From Auanema rhodensis (taxonomy: Eukaryota; Animalia; Nematoda): a DNA stretch of 64,000 nt. The notes under the pieces are model-generated. The model was not told where the DNA came from. It was given only the letters and a program-made list of their open reading frames with translations, and ran no database searches. Position 1 is the stretch's first letter, and each line of letters starts with the position of its first letter. Below are positions 13,690 through 29,300 of this stretch, in pieces. The stretch is from contig OZ059897.1 in assembly GCA_964057225.1 (NCBI GenBank), positions 4,464,001 to 4,528,000 on the forward strand, given 5' to 3'. Made by a program: the position numbers and the translations under genes.

Positions 13690-15250
13690 TTCGATGCGGA
13701 TTTGTAAGCTGCGTCGATCTGTGTTATCAGATTTGAGTTAGCTTAAAAATGCACCGAGATATCAACTGATATATGTTCACACTTATATCCTCGATTTTCA
13801 CCCTGAAGAAATGATTTTTTCGTTGAAAAACATTGTCCATCGTATTCGTCTTGAAAAAAGGAATCTAAAAACATCTACTTTCTGTGAAATTATTTAGAAA
13901 TTTTTCGGGAAAATTTTTGTCAAAATGTTTTTGGAAGCAATGTTGAGTGTACATGGGAACTCAACATACACTAATGCATTATTTTTCATACGATCATAAC
14001 TAATTTTTGTATAAAGCGTTTCTCAATGTAGTTTAGTGCATTCGATGCGGATTTTTAAGCTGCGTTGATCTGTGTTATCAGATTTGAGTTAACTTAAAAA
14101 TGCACCGAGATATCAACTGATATATGTTCACACTTATATCCTCGATTTTCACCCTGAAGAATTAATTTTTTCGTTGAATAACATTGTCCATCGTCTTTGC
14201 CTTGAAAAATGAAATCTAAAAACTCCTACTTTTTGTGAAATTATTTAGAAATTTTTCGGGAAAATTTTTGTCACAATGTTTTTGGAAGCAATGTTGAGTG
14301 TACATGGGAACTCAGCATACAGTAATGCATTATTTTTCAAACGATCATAACTAATTTTTGTATAGAGCGTTTCTCAATGTAGTATAGTGCATTCGATGCG
14401 GATTTGTAAGCTGCGTCGATCTGTGTTATCAGATTTGAGTTAGCTTAAAAATGCACCGAGATATCAACTGATATATGTTCACACTTATATCCTCGATTTT
14501 CACCCTGAAGAAATGAGTTTTTCGTTGAAAAACATTGTCCATCGTATTCGTCTTGAAAAAAGGAATCTAAAAACATCTACTTTCTGTGAAATTATTTAGA
14601 AATTTTTCGGGAAAATTTTTGTCAAAATGTTTTTGGAAGCAATGTTGAGTGTACATGGGAACTCAACATACACTAATGCATTATTTTTCATACGATCATA
14701 ACTAATTTTTGTATAAAGCGTTTCTCAATGTAGTTTAGTGCATTCGATGCGGATTTTTAAGCTGCGTTGATCTGTGTTATCAGATTTGAGTTAACTTAAA
14801 AATGCACCGAGATATCAACTGATATATGTTCACACTTATATCCTCGATTTTCACCCTGAAGAATTAATTTTTTCGTTGAATAACATTGTCCATCGTCTTT
14901 GCCTTGAAAAATGAAATCTAAAAACTCCTACTTTTTGTGAAATTATTTAGAAATTTTTCGGGAAAATTTTTGTCACAATGTTTTTGGAAGCAATGTTGAG
15001 TGTACATGGGAACTCAGCATACAGTAATGCATTATTTTTCAAACGATCATAACTAATTTTTGTATAGAGCGTTTCTCAATGTAGTATAGTGCATTCGATG
15101 CGGATTTGTAAGCTGCGTCGATCTGTGTTATCAGATTTGAGTTAGCTTAAAAATGCACCGAGATATCAACTGATATATGTTCACACTTATATCCTCGATT
15201 TTCACCCTGAAGAAATGAGTTTTTCGTTGAAAAACATTGTCCATCGTATT
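13690..15250 (+). repeat. Local 2-monomer (702-bp) higher-order duplication
   Basis: Private SNP pairs 702 bp apart: 14033/14735 (GTTTAGTG), 14210/14912 (AAAATGAAA), 14322/15024 (ACAGTAAT), 14517/15219 (AATGAGTT). Confidence 0.9.
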
Positions 15251-18200
15251 CGTCTTGAAAAAAGGAATCTAAAAACATCTACTTTTTGTGAAATTATTTA
15301 GAAATTTTTCGGGAAAATTTTTGTCAAAATGTTTTTGGAAGCAATGTTGAGTGTACATGGGAACTCAACATACACTAATGCATTATTTTTCAAACGATCA
15401 TAACTAATTTTTGTATTAAGCGTTTATCAATGTAGTATAGTGCATTCGATGCGGATTTTTAAGCTGCGTCGATCTGTGTTATCAGATTTGCGCTAGCTTG
15501 AAAATGCACCGAGATATCAACTGATATAGGTTCACACTTATATCCTCGATTTTCACCCTGAAGAATTAATTTTTTCGTTGAATAACATTGTCCATCGTCT
15601 TTGCCTTGAAATAAGGAATCTAAAAACATCTACTTTTTGTGAAATTATTTAGAAATTTTTCGGGAAAATTTTTGTCACAATGTTTTTGGAAGCAATGTTG
15701 AGTGTACATGGGAACTCAGCATACACTAATGCATTATTTTTCAAACGATCATAACTAATTTTTGTATAGAGCGTTTCTCAATGTAGTATAGTGCATTCGA
15801 TGCGGATTAGTAAGCTGCGTCGATCTGTGTTATCAGATTTGAGTTAGCTTAAAAATGCACCGAGATATCAACTGATATATGTTCACACTTATATCCTCGA
15901 TTTTCACCCTGAAGAAATGATTTTTTCGTTGAAAAACATTGTCCATCGTATTCGTCTTGAAAAAAGGAATCTAAAAACATCTACTTTTTGTGAAATTATT
16001 TAGAAATTTTTCGGGAAAATTTTTGTCAAAATGTTTTTGGAAGCAATGTTGAGTGTACATGGGAACTCAACATACACTAATGCATTATTTTTCAAACGAT
16101 CATAACTAATTTTTGTATTAAGCGTTTATCAATGTAGTATAGTGCATTCGATGCGGATTTTTAAGCTGCGTCGATCTGTGTTATCAGATTTGCGCTAGCT
16201 TGAAAATGCACCGAGATATCAACTGATATAGGTTCACACTTATATCCTCGATTTTCACCCTGAAGAACTAATTTTTTCGTTGAATAACATTGTCTATCGT
16301 CTTTGCCTTGAAAAAAGGAATCTAAAAACATCTACTTTTTGTGAAATTATTTAGAAATTTTTCGGGAAAATTTTTGTCACAATGTTTTTGGAAGCAATGT
16401 TGAGTGTACATGGGAACTCAGCATACACTAATGCATTATTTTTCAAACGATCATAACTAATTTTTGTATAGAGCGTTTCTCAATGTAGTATAGTGCATTC
16501 GATGCGGATTTTTAAGCTGCGTTGATCTGTGTTATCAGATTTGCGCTAGCTTGAAAATGCACCGAGATATCAACTGATATAGGTTCACACTTATATCCTC
16601 GATTTTCACCCTGAAGAATTAATTTTTTCGTTGAATAACATTGTCCATCGTCTTTGCCTTGAAAAAAGGAATCTAAAAACATCTACTTTCTGTGAAATTA
16701 TTTAGAAATTTTTCGGGAAAATTTTTGTCACAATGTTTTTGGAAGCAATGTTGAGTGTACATGGGAACTCAGCATACACTAATGCATTATTTTTCAAACG
16801 ATCATAACTAATTTTTGTATAGAGCGTTTCTCAATGTAGTATAGTGCATTCGATGCGGATTTGTAAGCTGCGTCGATCTGTGTTATCAGATTTGAGTTAG
16901 CTTAAAAATGCACCGAGATATCAACTGATATATGTTCACACTTATATCCTCGATTTTCACCCTGAAGAAATGATTTTTTTGTTGAAAAACATTGTCCATC
17001 GTATTCGTCTTGAAAAAAGGAATCTAAAAACATCTACTTTCTGTGAAATTATTTAGAAATTTTTCGGGAAAATTTTTGTCAAAATGTTTTTGGAAGCAAT
17101 GTTGAGTGTACATGGGAACTCAACATACACTAATGCATTATTTTTCATACGATCATAACTAATTTTTGTATAAAGCGTTTCTCAATGTAGTATAGTGCAT
17201 TCGATGCGGATTTTTAAGCTGCGTCGATCTGTGTTATCAGATTTGAGTTAGCTTAAAAATGCACCGAGATATCAACTGATATATGTTCACACTTATATCC
17301 TCGATTTTCACCCTGAAGAAATGATTTTTTCGTTGAAAAACATTGTCCATCGTATTCGTCTTGAAAAAAGGAATCTAAAAACATCTACTTTTTGTGAAAT
17401 TATTTAGAAATTTTTCGGGAAAATTTTTGTCAAAATGTTTTTGGAAGCAATGTTGAGTGTACATGGGAACTCAACATACACTAATGCATTATTTTTCAAA
17501 CGATCATAACTAATTTTTGTATTAAGCGTTTATCAATGTAGTATAGTGCATTCGATGCGGATTTTTAAGCTGCGTCGATCTGTGTTATCAGATTTGCGCT
17601 AGCTTGAAAATGCACCGAGATATCAACTGATATAGGTTCACACTTATATCCTCGATTTTCACCCTGAAGAATTAATTTTTTCGTTGAATAACATTGTCCA
17701 TCGTCTTTGCCTTGAAAAAAGGAATCTAAAAACATCTACTTTTTGTGAAATTATTTAGAAATTTTTCGGGAAAATTTTTGTCACAATGTTTTTGGAAGCA
17801 ATGTTGAGTGTACATGGGAACTCAGCATACACTAATGCATTATTTTTCAAACGATCATAACTAATTTTTGTATAGAGCGTTTCTCAATGTAGTATAGTGC
17901 ATTCGATGCGGATTTTTAAGCTGCGTCGATCTGTGTTATCAGATTTGAGTTAGCTTAAAAATGCACCGAGATATCAACTGATATATGTTCACACTTATAT
18001 CCTCGATTTTCACCCTGAAGAAATGATTTTTTCGTTGAAAAACATTGTCCATCGTATTCGTCTTGAAAAAAAGAATCTAAAAACATCTACTATTTGTGAA
18101 ATTATTCAGAAATTTTTCGGGAAAATTTTTGTCAAAATGTTTTTGGAAGCAATGTTGAGTGTACATGGGAACTGAACATACACTAATGCATTATTTTTCA

Positions 18201-21200
18201 AACGATCATAACTAATTTTTGTATGGAGCGTTTCTCAATGTAGTATAGTGCATTCGATGCGGATTTTTAAGCTGCGTTGATCTGTGTTATCAGATTTGCG
18301 CTAGCTTAAAAATGCACCGAGTAATCAACTGATATAGGTTCACACTTATATCCTCGATTTTCACCCTGAAGAATTAATTTTTTCGTTGAATAACATTGTC
18401 CATTGTTTTTGCCTTGAAAAAAGAAATCTAAAAACTCCTACTTTTTGTGAAATTATTTAGAAATTTTTCGGGAAAATTTTTGTCACAATGTTTTTGGAAG
18501 CAATGTTGAGTGTACATGGGAACTCAGCATACACTAATGCATTATTTTTCAAACGATCATAACTAATTTTTGTATAGAGCGTTTCTTAATGTAGTATAGT
18601 GCATTCGATGCGGATTTTTAAGCTGCGTCGATCTGTGTTATCAGATTTGAGTTAGCTTAAAAATGCACCGAGATATCAACTGATATATGTTCACACTTAT
18701 ATCCTCGATTTTCACCCTGAAGAAATGATTTTTTCGTTGAAAAACATTGTCCATCGTATTCGTCTTGAAAAAAGGAATCTAAAAACATCTACTTTTTGTG
18801 AAATTATTTAGAAATTTTTCGGGAAAATTTTTGTCAAAATGTTTTTGGAAGCAATGTTGAGTGTACATGGGAACTCAACATACACTAATGCATTATTTTT
18901 CATACGATCATAACTAATTTTTGTATAAAGCGTTTTTCAATGTAGTATAGTGCATTCAATGCGGATTTTTAAGCTGCGTTTATCTGTGTTATCAGATTTG
19001 AGTTAACTTAAAAATGCACCGAGATATCAACTGATATATGTTCACACTTATATCCTCGATTTTCACCCTGAAGAAATGATTTTTTTGTTGAAAAACATTG
19101 TCCATCGTATTCGTCTTGAAAAAAGGAATCTAAAAACATCTACTTTTTGTGAAATTATTTAGAAATTTTTCGGGAAAATTTTTGTCAAAATGTTTTTGGA
19201 AGCAATGTTGAGTGTACATGGGAACTCAACATACACTAATGCATTATTTTTCAAACGATCATAACTAATTTTTGTATTAAGCGTTTATCAATGTAGTATA
19301 GTGCATTCGATGCGGATTTTTAAGCTGCGTCGATCTGTGTTATCAGATTTGCGCTAGCTTGAAAATGCACCGAGATATCAACTGATATAGGTTCACACTT
19401 ATATCCTCGATTTTCACCCTGAAGAAATGATTTTTTCGTTAAAAAACATTGTCCATCGTATTCGTCTTGAAAAAAGGAATCTAAAAACATCTACTTTTTG
19501 TGAAATTATTTAGAAATTTTTCGGGAAAATTTTTGTCAAAATGTTTTTGGAAGCAATGTTGAGTGTACATGGGAACTCAACATACACTAATGCATTATTT
19601 TTCAAACGATCATAACTAATTTTTGTATAGAGCGTTTCTCAATGTAGTATAGTGCATTCGATGCGGATTAGTAAGCTGCGTCGATCTGTGTTATCAGATT
19701 TGAGTTAGCTTAAAAATGCACCGAGATATCAACTGATATATGTTCACACTTATATCCTCGATTTTCACCCTGAAGAAATGATTTTTTCGTTGAAAAACAT
19801 TGTCCATCGTATTCGTCTTGAAAAAAGGAATCTAAAAACATCTACTTTTTGTGAAATTATTTAGAAATTTTTCGGGAAAATTTTTGTCAAAATGTTTTTG
19901 GAAGCAATGTTGAGTGTACATGGGAACTCAACATACACTAATGCATTATTTTTCAAACGATCATAACTAATTTTTGTATTAAGCGTTTATCAATGTAGTA
20001 TAGTGCATTCGATGCGGATTTTTAAGCTGCGTCGATCTGTGTTATCAGATTTGCGCTAGCTTGAAAATGCACCGAGATATCAACTGATATAGGTTCACAC
20101 TTATATCCTCGATTTTCACCCTGAAGAACTAATTTTTTCGTTGAATAACATTGTCTATCGTCTTTGCCTTGAAAAAAGGAATCTAAAAACATCTACTTTT
20201 TGTGAAATTATTTAGAAATTTTTCGGGAAAATTTTTGTCACAATGTTTTTGGAAGCAATGTTGAGTGTACATGGGAACTCAGCATACACTAATGCATTAT
20301 TTTTCAAACGATCATAACTAATTTTTGTATAGAGCGTTTCTCAATGTAGTATAGTGCATTCGATGCGGATTTTTAAGCTGCGTCGATCTGTGTTATCAGA
20401 TTTGAGTTAGCTTAAAAATGCACCGAGATATCAACTGATATATGTTCACACTTATATCCTCGATTTTCACCCTGAAGAAATGATTTTTTCGTTAAAAAAC
20501 ATTGTCCATCGTATTCGTCTTGAAAAAAGGAATCTAAAAACATCTACTTTTTGTGAAATTATTTAGAAATTTTTCGGGAAAATTTTTGTCAAAATGTTTT
20601 TGGAAGCAATGTTGAGTGTACATGGGAACTCAACATACACTAATGCATTATTTTTCAAACGATCATAACTAATTTTTGTATAGAGCGTTTCTCAATGTAG
20701 TATAGTGCATTCGATGCGGATTTTTAAGCTGCGTCGATCTGTGTTATCAGATTTGAGTTAGCTTAAAAATGCACCGAGATATCAACTGATATATGTTCAC
20801 ACTTATATCCTCGATTTTCACCCTGAAGAAATGATTTTTTCGTTGAAAAACATTGTCCATCGTATTCGTCTTGAAAAAAAGAATCTAAAAACATCTACTT
20901 TTTGTGAAATTATTCAGAAATTTTTCGGGAAAATTTTTGTCAAAATGTTTTTGGAAGCAATGTTGAGTGTACATGGGAACTCAACATACACTAATGCATT
21001 ATTTTTCAAACGATCATAACTAATTTTTGTATGGAGCGTTTCTCAATGTAGTATAGTGCATTCGATGCGGATTTTTAAGCTGCGTTGATCTGTGTTATCA
21101 GATTTGCGCTAGCTTAAAAATGCACCGAGTAATCAACTGATATAGGTTCACACATATATCCTCGATTTTCACCCTGAAGAATTAATTTTTTCGTTGAATA

Positions 21201-22815
21201 ACATTGTCCATTGTTTTTGCCTTGAAAAAAGAAATCTAAAAACTCCTACTTTTTGTGAAATTATTTAGAAATTTTTCGGGAAAATTTTTGTCACAATGTT
21301 TTTGGAAGCAATGTTGAGTGTACATGGGAACTCAGCATACACTAATGCATTATTTTTCAAACGATCATAACTAATTTTTGTATAGAGCGTTTCTCAATGT
21401 AGTATAGTGCATTCGATGCGGATTTTTAAGCTGCGTCGATCTGTGTTATCAGATTTGAGTTAGCTTAAAAATGCACCGAGATATCAACTGATATATGTTC
21501 ACACTTATATCCTCGATTTTCACCCTGAAGAAATGATTTTTTCGTTGAAAAACATTGTCCATCGTATTCGTCTTGAAAAAAGGAATCTAAAAACATCTAC
21601 TTTTTGTGAAATTATTTAGAAATTTTTCGGGAAAATTTTTGTCAAAATGTTTTTGGAAGCAATGTTGAGTGTACATGGGAACTCAACATACACTAATGCA
21701 TTATTTTTCAAACGATCATAACTAATTTTTGTATAGAGCGTTTCTCATTGTAGTATAGTGCATTCGATGCGGATTTTTAAGCTGCGTTGATCTGTGTTAT
21801 CAGATTTGAGTTAACTTAAAAATGCACCGAGATATCAACTGATATATGTTGACACTTATATCCTCGATTTTCACCCTGAAGAAATGATTTTTTCGTTAAA
21901 AAACATTGTCCATCGTATTCGTCTTGAAAAAAGGAATCTAAAAACATCTACTTTTTGTGAAATTATTTAGAAATTTTTCGGGAAAATTTTTGTCAAAATG
22001 TTTTTGGAAGCAATGTTGAGTGTACATGGGAACTCAGCATACACTAATGCATTATTTTTCAAACGATCATAACTAATTTTTGTATAGAGCGTTTCTCAAT
22101 GTAGTATAGTGCATTCGATGCGGATTTTTAAGCTGCGTCGATCTGTGTTATCAGATTTGAGTTAGCTTAAAAATGCACCGAGATATCAACTGATATATGT
22201 TCACACTTATATCCTCGATTTTCACCCTGAAGAAATGATTTTTTCGTTAAAAAACATTGTCCATCGTATTCGTCTTGAAAAAAGGAATCTAAAAACATCT
22301 ACTTTTTGTGAAATTATTTAGAAATTTTTCGGGAAAATTTTTGTCAAAATGTTTTTGGAAGCAATGTTGAGTGTACATGGGAACTCAACATACACTAATG
22401 CATTATTTTTCAAACGATCATAACTGATTTTTGTATAGAGCGTTTCTCAATGTAGTATAGTGCATTCGATGCGGATTTTTAAGCTGCGTCGATCTGTGTT
22501 ATCAGATTTGCGCTAGCTTAAAAATGCACCGAGTAATCAACTGATATAGGTTCACACTTATATCCTCGATTTTCACCCTGAAGAATTAATTTTTTCGTTG
22601 AATAACATTGTCCATCGTCTTTGCCTTGAAAAAAGAAATCTAAAAACTCCTACTTTTTGTGAAATTATTTAGAAATTTTTCGGGAAAATTTTTGTCACAA
22701 TGTTTTTGGAAGCAATGTTGAGTGTACATGGGAACTCAGCATACACTAATGCATTATTTTTCAAACGATCATAACTAATTTTTGTATAGAGCGTTTCTCA
22801 ATGTAGTATAGTGCA

Positions 22816-25800
22816 TTCGATGCGGATTTGTAAGCTGCGTCGATCTGTGTTATCAGATTGGAGTTAGCTTAAAAATGCACCGAGATATCAACTGATATAT
22901 GTTCACACTTATATCCTCGATTTTCACCCTGAAGAAATGATTTTTTTGTTGAAAAACATTGTCCATCGTATTCGTCTTAAAAAAAGGAATCTAAAAACAT
23001 CTACTTTTTGTGAAATTATTTAGAAATTTTTCGGGAAAATTTTTGTCAAAATGTTTTTGGAAGCAATGTTGAGTGTACATGGGAACTCAGCATACACTAA
23101 TGCATTATTTTTCAAACGATCATAACTAATTTTTGTATAGAGCGTTTCTCAATGTAGTATAGTGCATTCGATGCGGATTTTTAAGCTGCGTCGATCTGTG
23201 TTATCAGATTTGAGTTAGCTTAAAAATGCACCGAGATATCAACTGATATATGTTCACACTTATATCCTCGATTTTCACCCTGAAGAAATGATTTTTTCGT
23301 TAAAAAACATTGTCCATCGTATTCGTCTTGAAAAAAGGAATCTAAAAACATCTACTTTTTGTGAAATTATTTAGAAATTTTTCGGGAAAATTTTTGTCAA
23401 AATGTTTTTGGAAGCAATGTTGAGTGTACATGGGAACTCAACATACACTAATGCATTATTTTTCAAACGATCATAACTAATTTTTGTATAGAGCGTTTCT
23501 CATTGTAGTATAGTGCATTCGATGCGGATTTTTAAGCTGCGTTGATCTGTGTTATCAGATTTGAGTTAACTTAAAAATGCACCGAGATATCAACTGATAT
23601 ATGTTCACACTTATATCCTCGATTTTCACCCTGAAGAACTAATTTTTTCGTTGAATAACATTGTCTATCGTCTTTGCCTTGAAAAAAGGAATCTAAAAAT
23701 ATCTACTTTTTGTGAAATTATTTAGAAATTTTTCGGGAAAATTTTTGTCAAAATGTTTTTGGAAGCAATGTTGAGTGTACATGGGAACTCAACATACACT
23801 AATGCATTATTTTTCAAACGATCATAACTAATTTTTGTATAGAGCGTTTCTCATTGTAGTATAGTGCATTCGATGCGGATTTTTAAGCTGCGTTGATCTG
23901 TGTTATCAGATTTGAGTTAACTTAAAAATGCACCGAGATATCAACTGATATATGTTCACACTTATATCCTCGATTTTCACCCTGAAGAAATGATTTTTTC
24001 GTTGAAAAACATTGTCCATCGTATTCGTCTTGAAAAAAGGAATCTAAAAACATCTACTTTTTGTGAAATTATTTAGAAATTTTTCGGGAAAATTTTTGTC
24101 AAAATGTTTTTGGAAGCAATGTTGAGTGTACATGGGAACTCAGCATACACTAATGCATTATTTTTCAAACGATCATAACTAATTTTTGTATAGAGCGTTT
24201 CTCAATGTAGTATAGTGCATTCGATGCGGATTTTTAAGCTGCGTCGATCTGTGTTATCAGATTTGAGTTAGCTTAAAAATGCACCGAGATATCAACTGAT
24301 ATATGTTCACACTTATATCCTCGATTTTCACCCTGAAGAAATGATTTTTTCGTTAAAAAACATTGTCCATCGTATTCGTCTTGAAAAAAGGAATCTAAAA
24401 ACATCTACTTTTTGTGAAATTATTTAGAAATTTTTCGGGAAAATTTTTGTCAAAATGTTTTTGGAAGCAATGTTGAGTGTACATGGGAACTCAGCATACA
24501 CTAATGCATTATTTTTCAAACGATCATAACTAATTTTTGTATAGAGCGTTTCTCAATGTAGTATAGTGCATTCGATGCGGATTTTTAAGCTGCGTCGATC
24601 TGTGTTATCAGATTTGAGTTAGCTTAAAAATGCACCGAGATATCAACTGATATATGTTCACACTTATATCCTCGATTTTCACCCTGAAGAAATGATTTTT
24701 TTGTTGAAAAACATTGTCCATCGTATTCGTCTTAAAAAAAGGAATCTAAAAACATCTACTTTTTGTGAAATTATTTAGAAATTTTTCGGGAAAATTTTTG
24801 TCAAAATGTTTTTGGAAGCAATGTTGAGTGTACATGGGAACTCAGCATACACTAATGCATTATTTTTCAAACGATCATAACTAATTTTTGTATAGAGCGT
24901 TTCTCAATGTAGTATAGTGCATTCGATGCGGATTTTTAAGCTGCGTCGATCTGTGTTATCAGATTTGAGTTAGCTTAAAAATGCACCGAGATATCAACTG
25001 ATATATGTTCACACTTATATCCTCGATTTTCACCCTGAAGAAATGATTTTTTCGTTAAAAAACATTGTCCATCGTATTCGTCTTGAAAAAAGGAATCTAA
25101 AAACATCTACTTTTTGTGAAATTATTTAGAAATTTTTCGGGAAAATTTTTGTCAAAATGTTTTTGGAAGCAATGTTGAGTGTACATGGGAACTCAACATA
25201 CACTAATGCATTATTTTTCAAACGATCATAACTAATTTTTGTATAGAGCGTTTCTCATTGTAGTATAGTGCATTCGATGCGGATTTTTAAGCTGCGTTGA
25301 TCTGTGTTATCAGATTTGAGTTAACTTAAAAATGCACCGAGATATCAACTGATATATGTTCACACTTATATCCTCGATTTTCACCCTGAAGAACTAATTT
25401 TTTCGTTGAATAACATTGTCTATCGTCTTTGCCTTGAAAAAAGGAATCTAAAAATATCTACTTTTTGTGAAATTATTTAGAAATTTTTCGGGAAAATTTT
25501 TGTCAAAATGTTTTTGGAAGCAATGTTGAGTGTACATGGGAACTCAACATACACTAATGCATTATTTTTCAAACGATCATAACTAATTTTTGTATAGAGC
25601 GTTTCTCATTGTAGTATAGTGCATTCGATGCGGATTTTTAAGCTGCGTTGATCTGTGTTATCAGATTTGAGTTAACTTAAAAATGCACCGAGATATCAAC
25701 TGATATATGTTCACACTTATATCCTCGATTTTCACCCTGAAGAAATGATTTTTTCGTTGAAAAACATTGTCCATCGTATTCGTCTTGAAAAAAGGAATCT

Positions 25801-26325
25801 AAAAACATCTACTTTTTGTGAAATTATTTAGAAATTTTTCGGGAAAATTTTTGTCAAAATGTTTTTGGAAGCAATGTTGAGTGTACATGGGAACTCAGCA
25901 TACACTAATGCATTATTTTTCAAACGATCATAACTAATTTTTGTATAGAGCGTTTCTCAATGTAGTATAGTGCATTCGATGCGGATTTTTAAGCTGCGTC
26001 GATCTGTGTTATCAGATTTGAGTTAGCTTAAAAATGCACCGAGATATCAACTGATATATGTTCACACTTATATCCTCGATTTTCACCCTGAAGAAATGAT
26101 TTTTTCGTTAAAAAACATTGTCCATCGTATTCGTCTTGAAAAAAGGAATCTAAAAACATCTACTTTTTGTGAAATTATTTAGAAATTTTTCGGGAAAATT
26201 TTTGTCAAAATGTTTTTGGAAGCAATGTTGAGTGTACATGGGAACTCAACATACACTAATGCATTATTTTTCAAACGATCATAACTAATTTTTGTATAGA
26301 GCGTTTCTCATTGTAGTATAGTGCA
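22816..26325 (+). repeat. Local 5-monomer (1755-bp) higher-order duplication
   Basis: SNP pairs 1755 bp apart: 22979/24734 (CTTAAAAAAAGG) and 23700/25455 (AAAAATATCT). Confidence 0.85.
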
Positions 26326-29300
26326 TTCGATGCGGATTTTTAAGCTGCGTTGATCTGTGTTATCAGATTTGAGTTAACTTAAAAATGCACCGAGATATCA
26401 ACTGATATATGTTCACACTTATATCCTCGATTTTCACCCTGAAGAAATGATTTTTTCGTTAAAAAACATTGTCCATCGTATTCGTCTTGAAAAAAGGAAT
26501 CTAAAAACATCTACTTTTTGTGAAATTATTTAGAAATTTTTCGGGAAAATTTTTGTCAAAATGTTTTTGGAAGCAATGTTGAGTGTACATGGGAACTCAA
26601 CATACACTAATGCATTATTTTTCAAACGATCATAACTAATTTTTGTATAGAGCGTTTCTCAATGTAGTATAGTGCATTCGATGCGGATTTTTAAGTTGCG
26701 TCGATCTGTGTTATCAGATTTGCGCTAGCTTAAAAATGCACCGAGATATCAACTGATATAAGTTCACACTTATATCCTCGATTTTCACCCTGAAGAACTA
26801 ATTTTTTCGTTGAATAACATTGTCTATCGTCTTTGCCTTGAAAAAAGGAATCTAAAAACATCTACTTTTTGTGAAATTATTTAGAAATTTTTCGGGAAAA
26901 TTTTTGTCAAAATGTTTTTGGAAGCAATGTTGAGTGTACATGGGAACTCAACATACACTAATGCATTATTTTTCAAACGATCATAACTAATTTTTGTATA
27001 GAGCGTTTCTCAATGTAGTATAGTGCATTCGATGCGGATTTTTAAGCTGCGTCGATCTGTGTTATCAGATTTGCGCTAGCTTAAAAATGCACCGAGATAT
27101 CAACTGATATAAGTTCACACTTATATCCTCGATTTTCACCCTGAAGAACTAATTTTTTCGTTGAATAACATTGTCTATCGTCTTTGCCTTGAAAAAAGGA
27201 ATCTAAAAACATCTACTTTTTGTGAAATTATTTAGAAATTTTTCGGGAAAATTTTTGTCAAAATGTTTTTGGAAGCAATGTTGAGTGTACATGGGAACTC
27301 AACATACACTAATGCATTATTTTTCAAACGATCATAACTAATTTTTGTATAGAGCGTTTCTCATTGTAGTATAGTGCATTCGATGCGGATTTTTAAGCTG
27401 CGTTGATCTGTGTTATCAGATTTGAGTTAACTTAAAAATGCACCGAGATATCAACTGATATATGTTCACACTTATATCCTCGATTTTCACCCTGAAGAAA
27501 TGATTTTTTCGTTGAAAAACATTGTCCATCGTATTCGTCTTGAAAAAAAGAATCTAAAAACATCTACTTTTTGTGAAATTATTCAGAAATTTTTCGGGAA
27601 AATTTTTGTCAAAATGTTTTTGGAAGCAATGTTGAGTGTACATGGGAACTCAACATACACTAATGCATTATTTTTCAAACGATCATAACTAATTTTTGTA
27701 TGGAGCGTTTCTCAATGTAGTATAGTGCATTCGATGCGGATTTTTGAGCTGCGTTGATCTGTGTTATCAGATTTGCGCTAGCTTAAAAATGCACCGAGTA
27801 ATCAACTGATATAGGTTCACACTTATATCCTCGATTTTCACCCTGAAGAATTAATTTTTTCGTTGAATAACATTGTCCATCGTCTTTGCCTTGAGAAAAG
27901 AAATTTAAAAACTCCTACTTTTTGTGAAATTATTTAGAAATTTTTCGGGAAAATTTTTGTCACAATGTTTTTGGAAGCAATGTTGAGTGTACATGGGAAC
28001 TCAGCATACACTAATGCATTATTTTTCAAACGATCATAACTAATTTTTAAATAGAGCGTTTCTTAATGTAGTATAGTGCATTCGATGCGGATTTTTGAGC
28101 TGCGTTGATCTGTGTTATCAGATTTGCGCTAGCTTAAAAATGCACCGAGTAATCAACTGATATATGTTCACACTTATATCCTCGATTTTCACCCTGAAGA
28201 AATGATTTTTTCGTTGAAAAACATTGTCCATCGTATTCGTCTTGAAAAAAAGAATCTAAAAACATCTACTTTTTGTGAAATTATTTAGAAATTTTTCGGG
28301 AAAATTTTTGTCACAATGTTTTTGGAAGCAATGTTGAGTGTACATGGGAACTCAGCATACACTAATGCATTATTTTTCAAACGATCATAACTAATTTTTA
28401 AATAGAGCGTTTCTCAATGTAGTATAGTGCATTCGATGCGGATTTTTGAGCTGCGTTGATCTGTGTTATCAGATTTGAGTTAGCTTAAAAATGCACCGAG
28501 ATATCAACTGATATATGTTCACACTTATATCCTCGATTTTCACCCTGAAGAAATGATTTTTTCGTTGAAAAACATTGTCCATCGTCTTTGCCTTGAGAAA
28601 AGAAATTTAAAAACTCCTACTTTTTGTGAAATTATTTAGAAATTTTTCGGGAAAATTTTTGTCACAATGTTTTTGGAAGCAATGTTGAGTGTACATGGGA
28701 ACTCAGCATACATTAATGCATTATTTTTCAAACGATCATAACTAATTTTTAAATAGAGCGTTTCTTAATGTAGTATAGTGCATTCGATGCGGATTTTTGA
28801 GCTGCGTTGATCTGTGTTATCAGATTTGCGCTAGCTTAAAAATGCACCGAGTAATCAACTGATATATGTTCACACTTATATCCTCGATTTTCACCCTGAA
28901 GAAATGATTTTTTCGTTGAAAAACATTGTCCATCGTATTCGTCTTGAAAAAAAGAATCTAAAAACATCTACTTTTTGTGAAATTATTTAGAAATTTTTCG
29001 GGAAAATTTTTGTCACAATGTTTTTGGAAGCAATGTTGAGTGTACATGGGAACTCAGCATACACTAATGCATTATTTTTCAAACGATCATAACTAATTTT
29101 TAAATAGAGCGTTTCTCAATGTAGTATAGTGCATTCGATGCGGATTTTTGAGCTGCGTTGATCTGTGTTATCAGATTTGAGTTAGCTTAAAAATGCACCG
29201 AGTAATCAACTGATATATGTTCACACTTATATCCTCGATTTTCACCCTGAAGAAATGATTTTTTCGTTGAAAAACATTGTCCATCGTATTCGTCTTGAAA

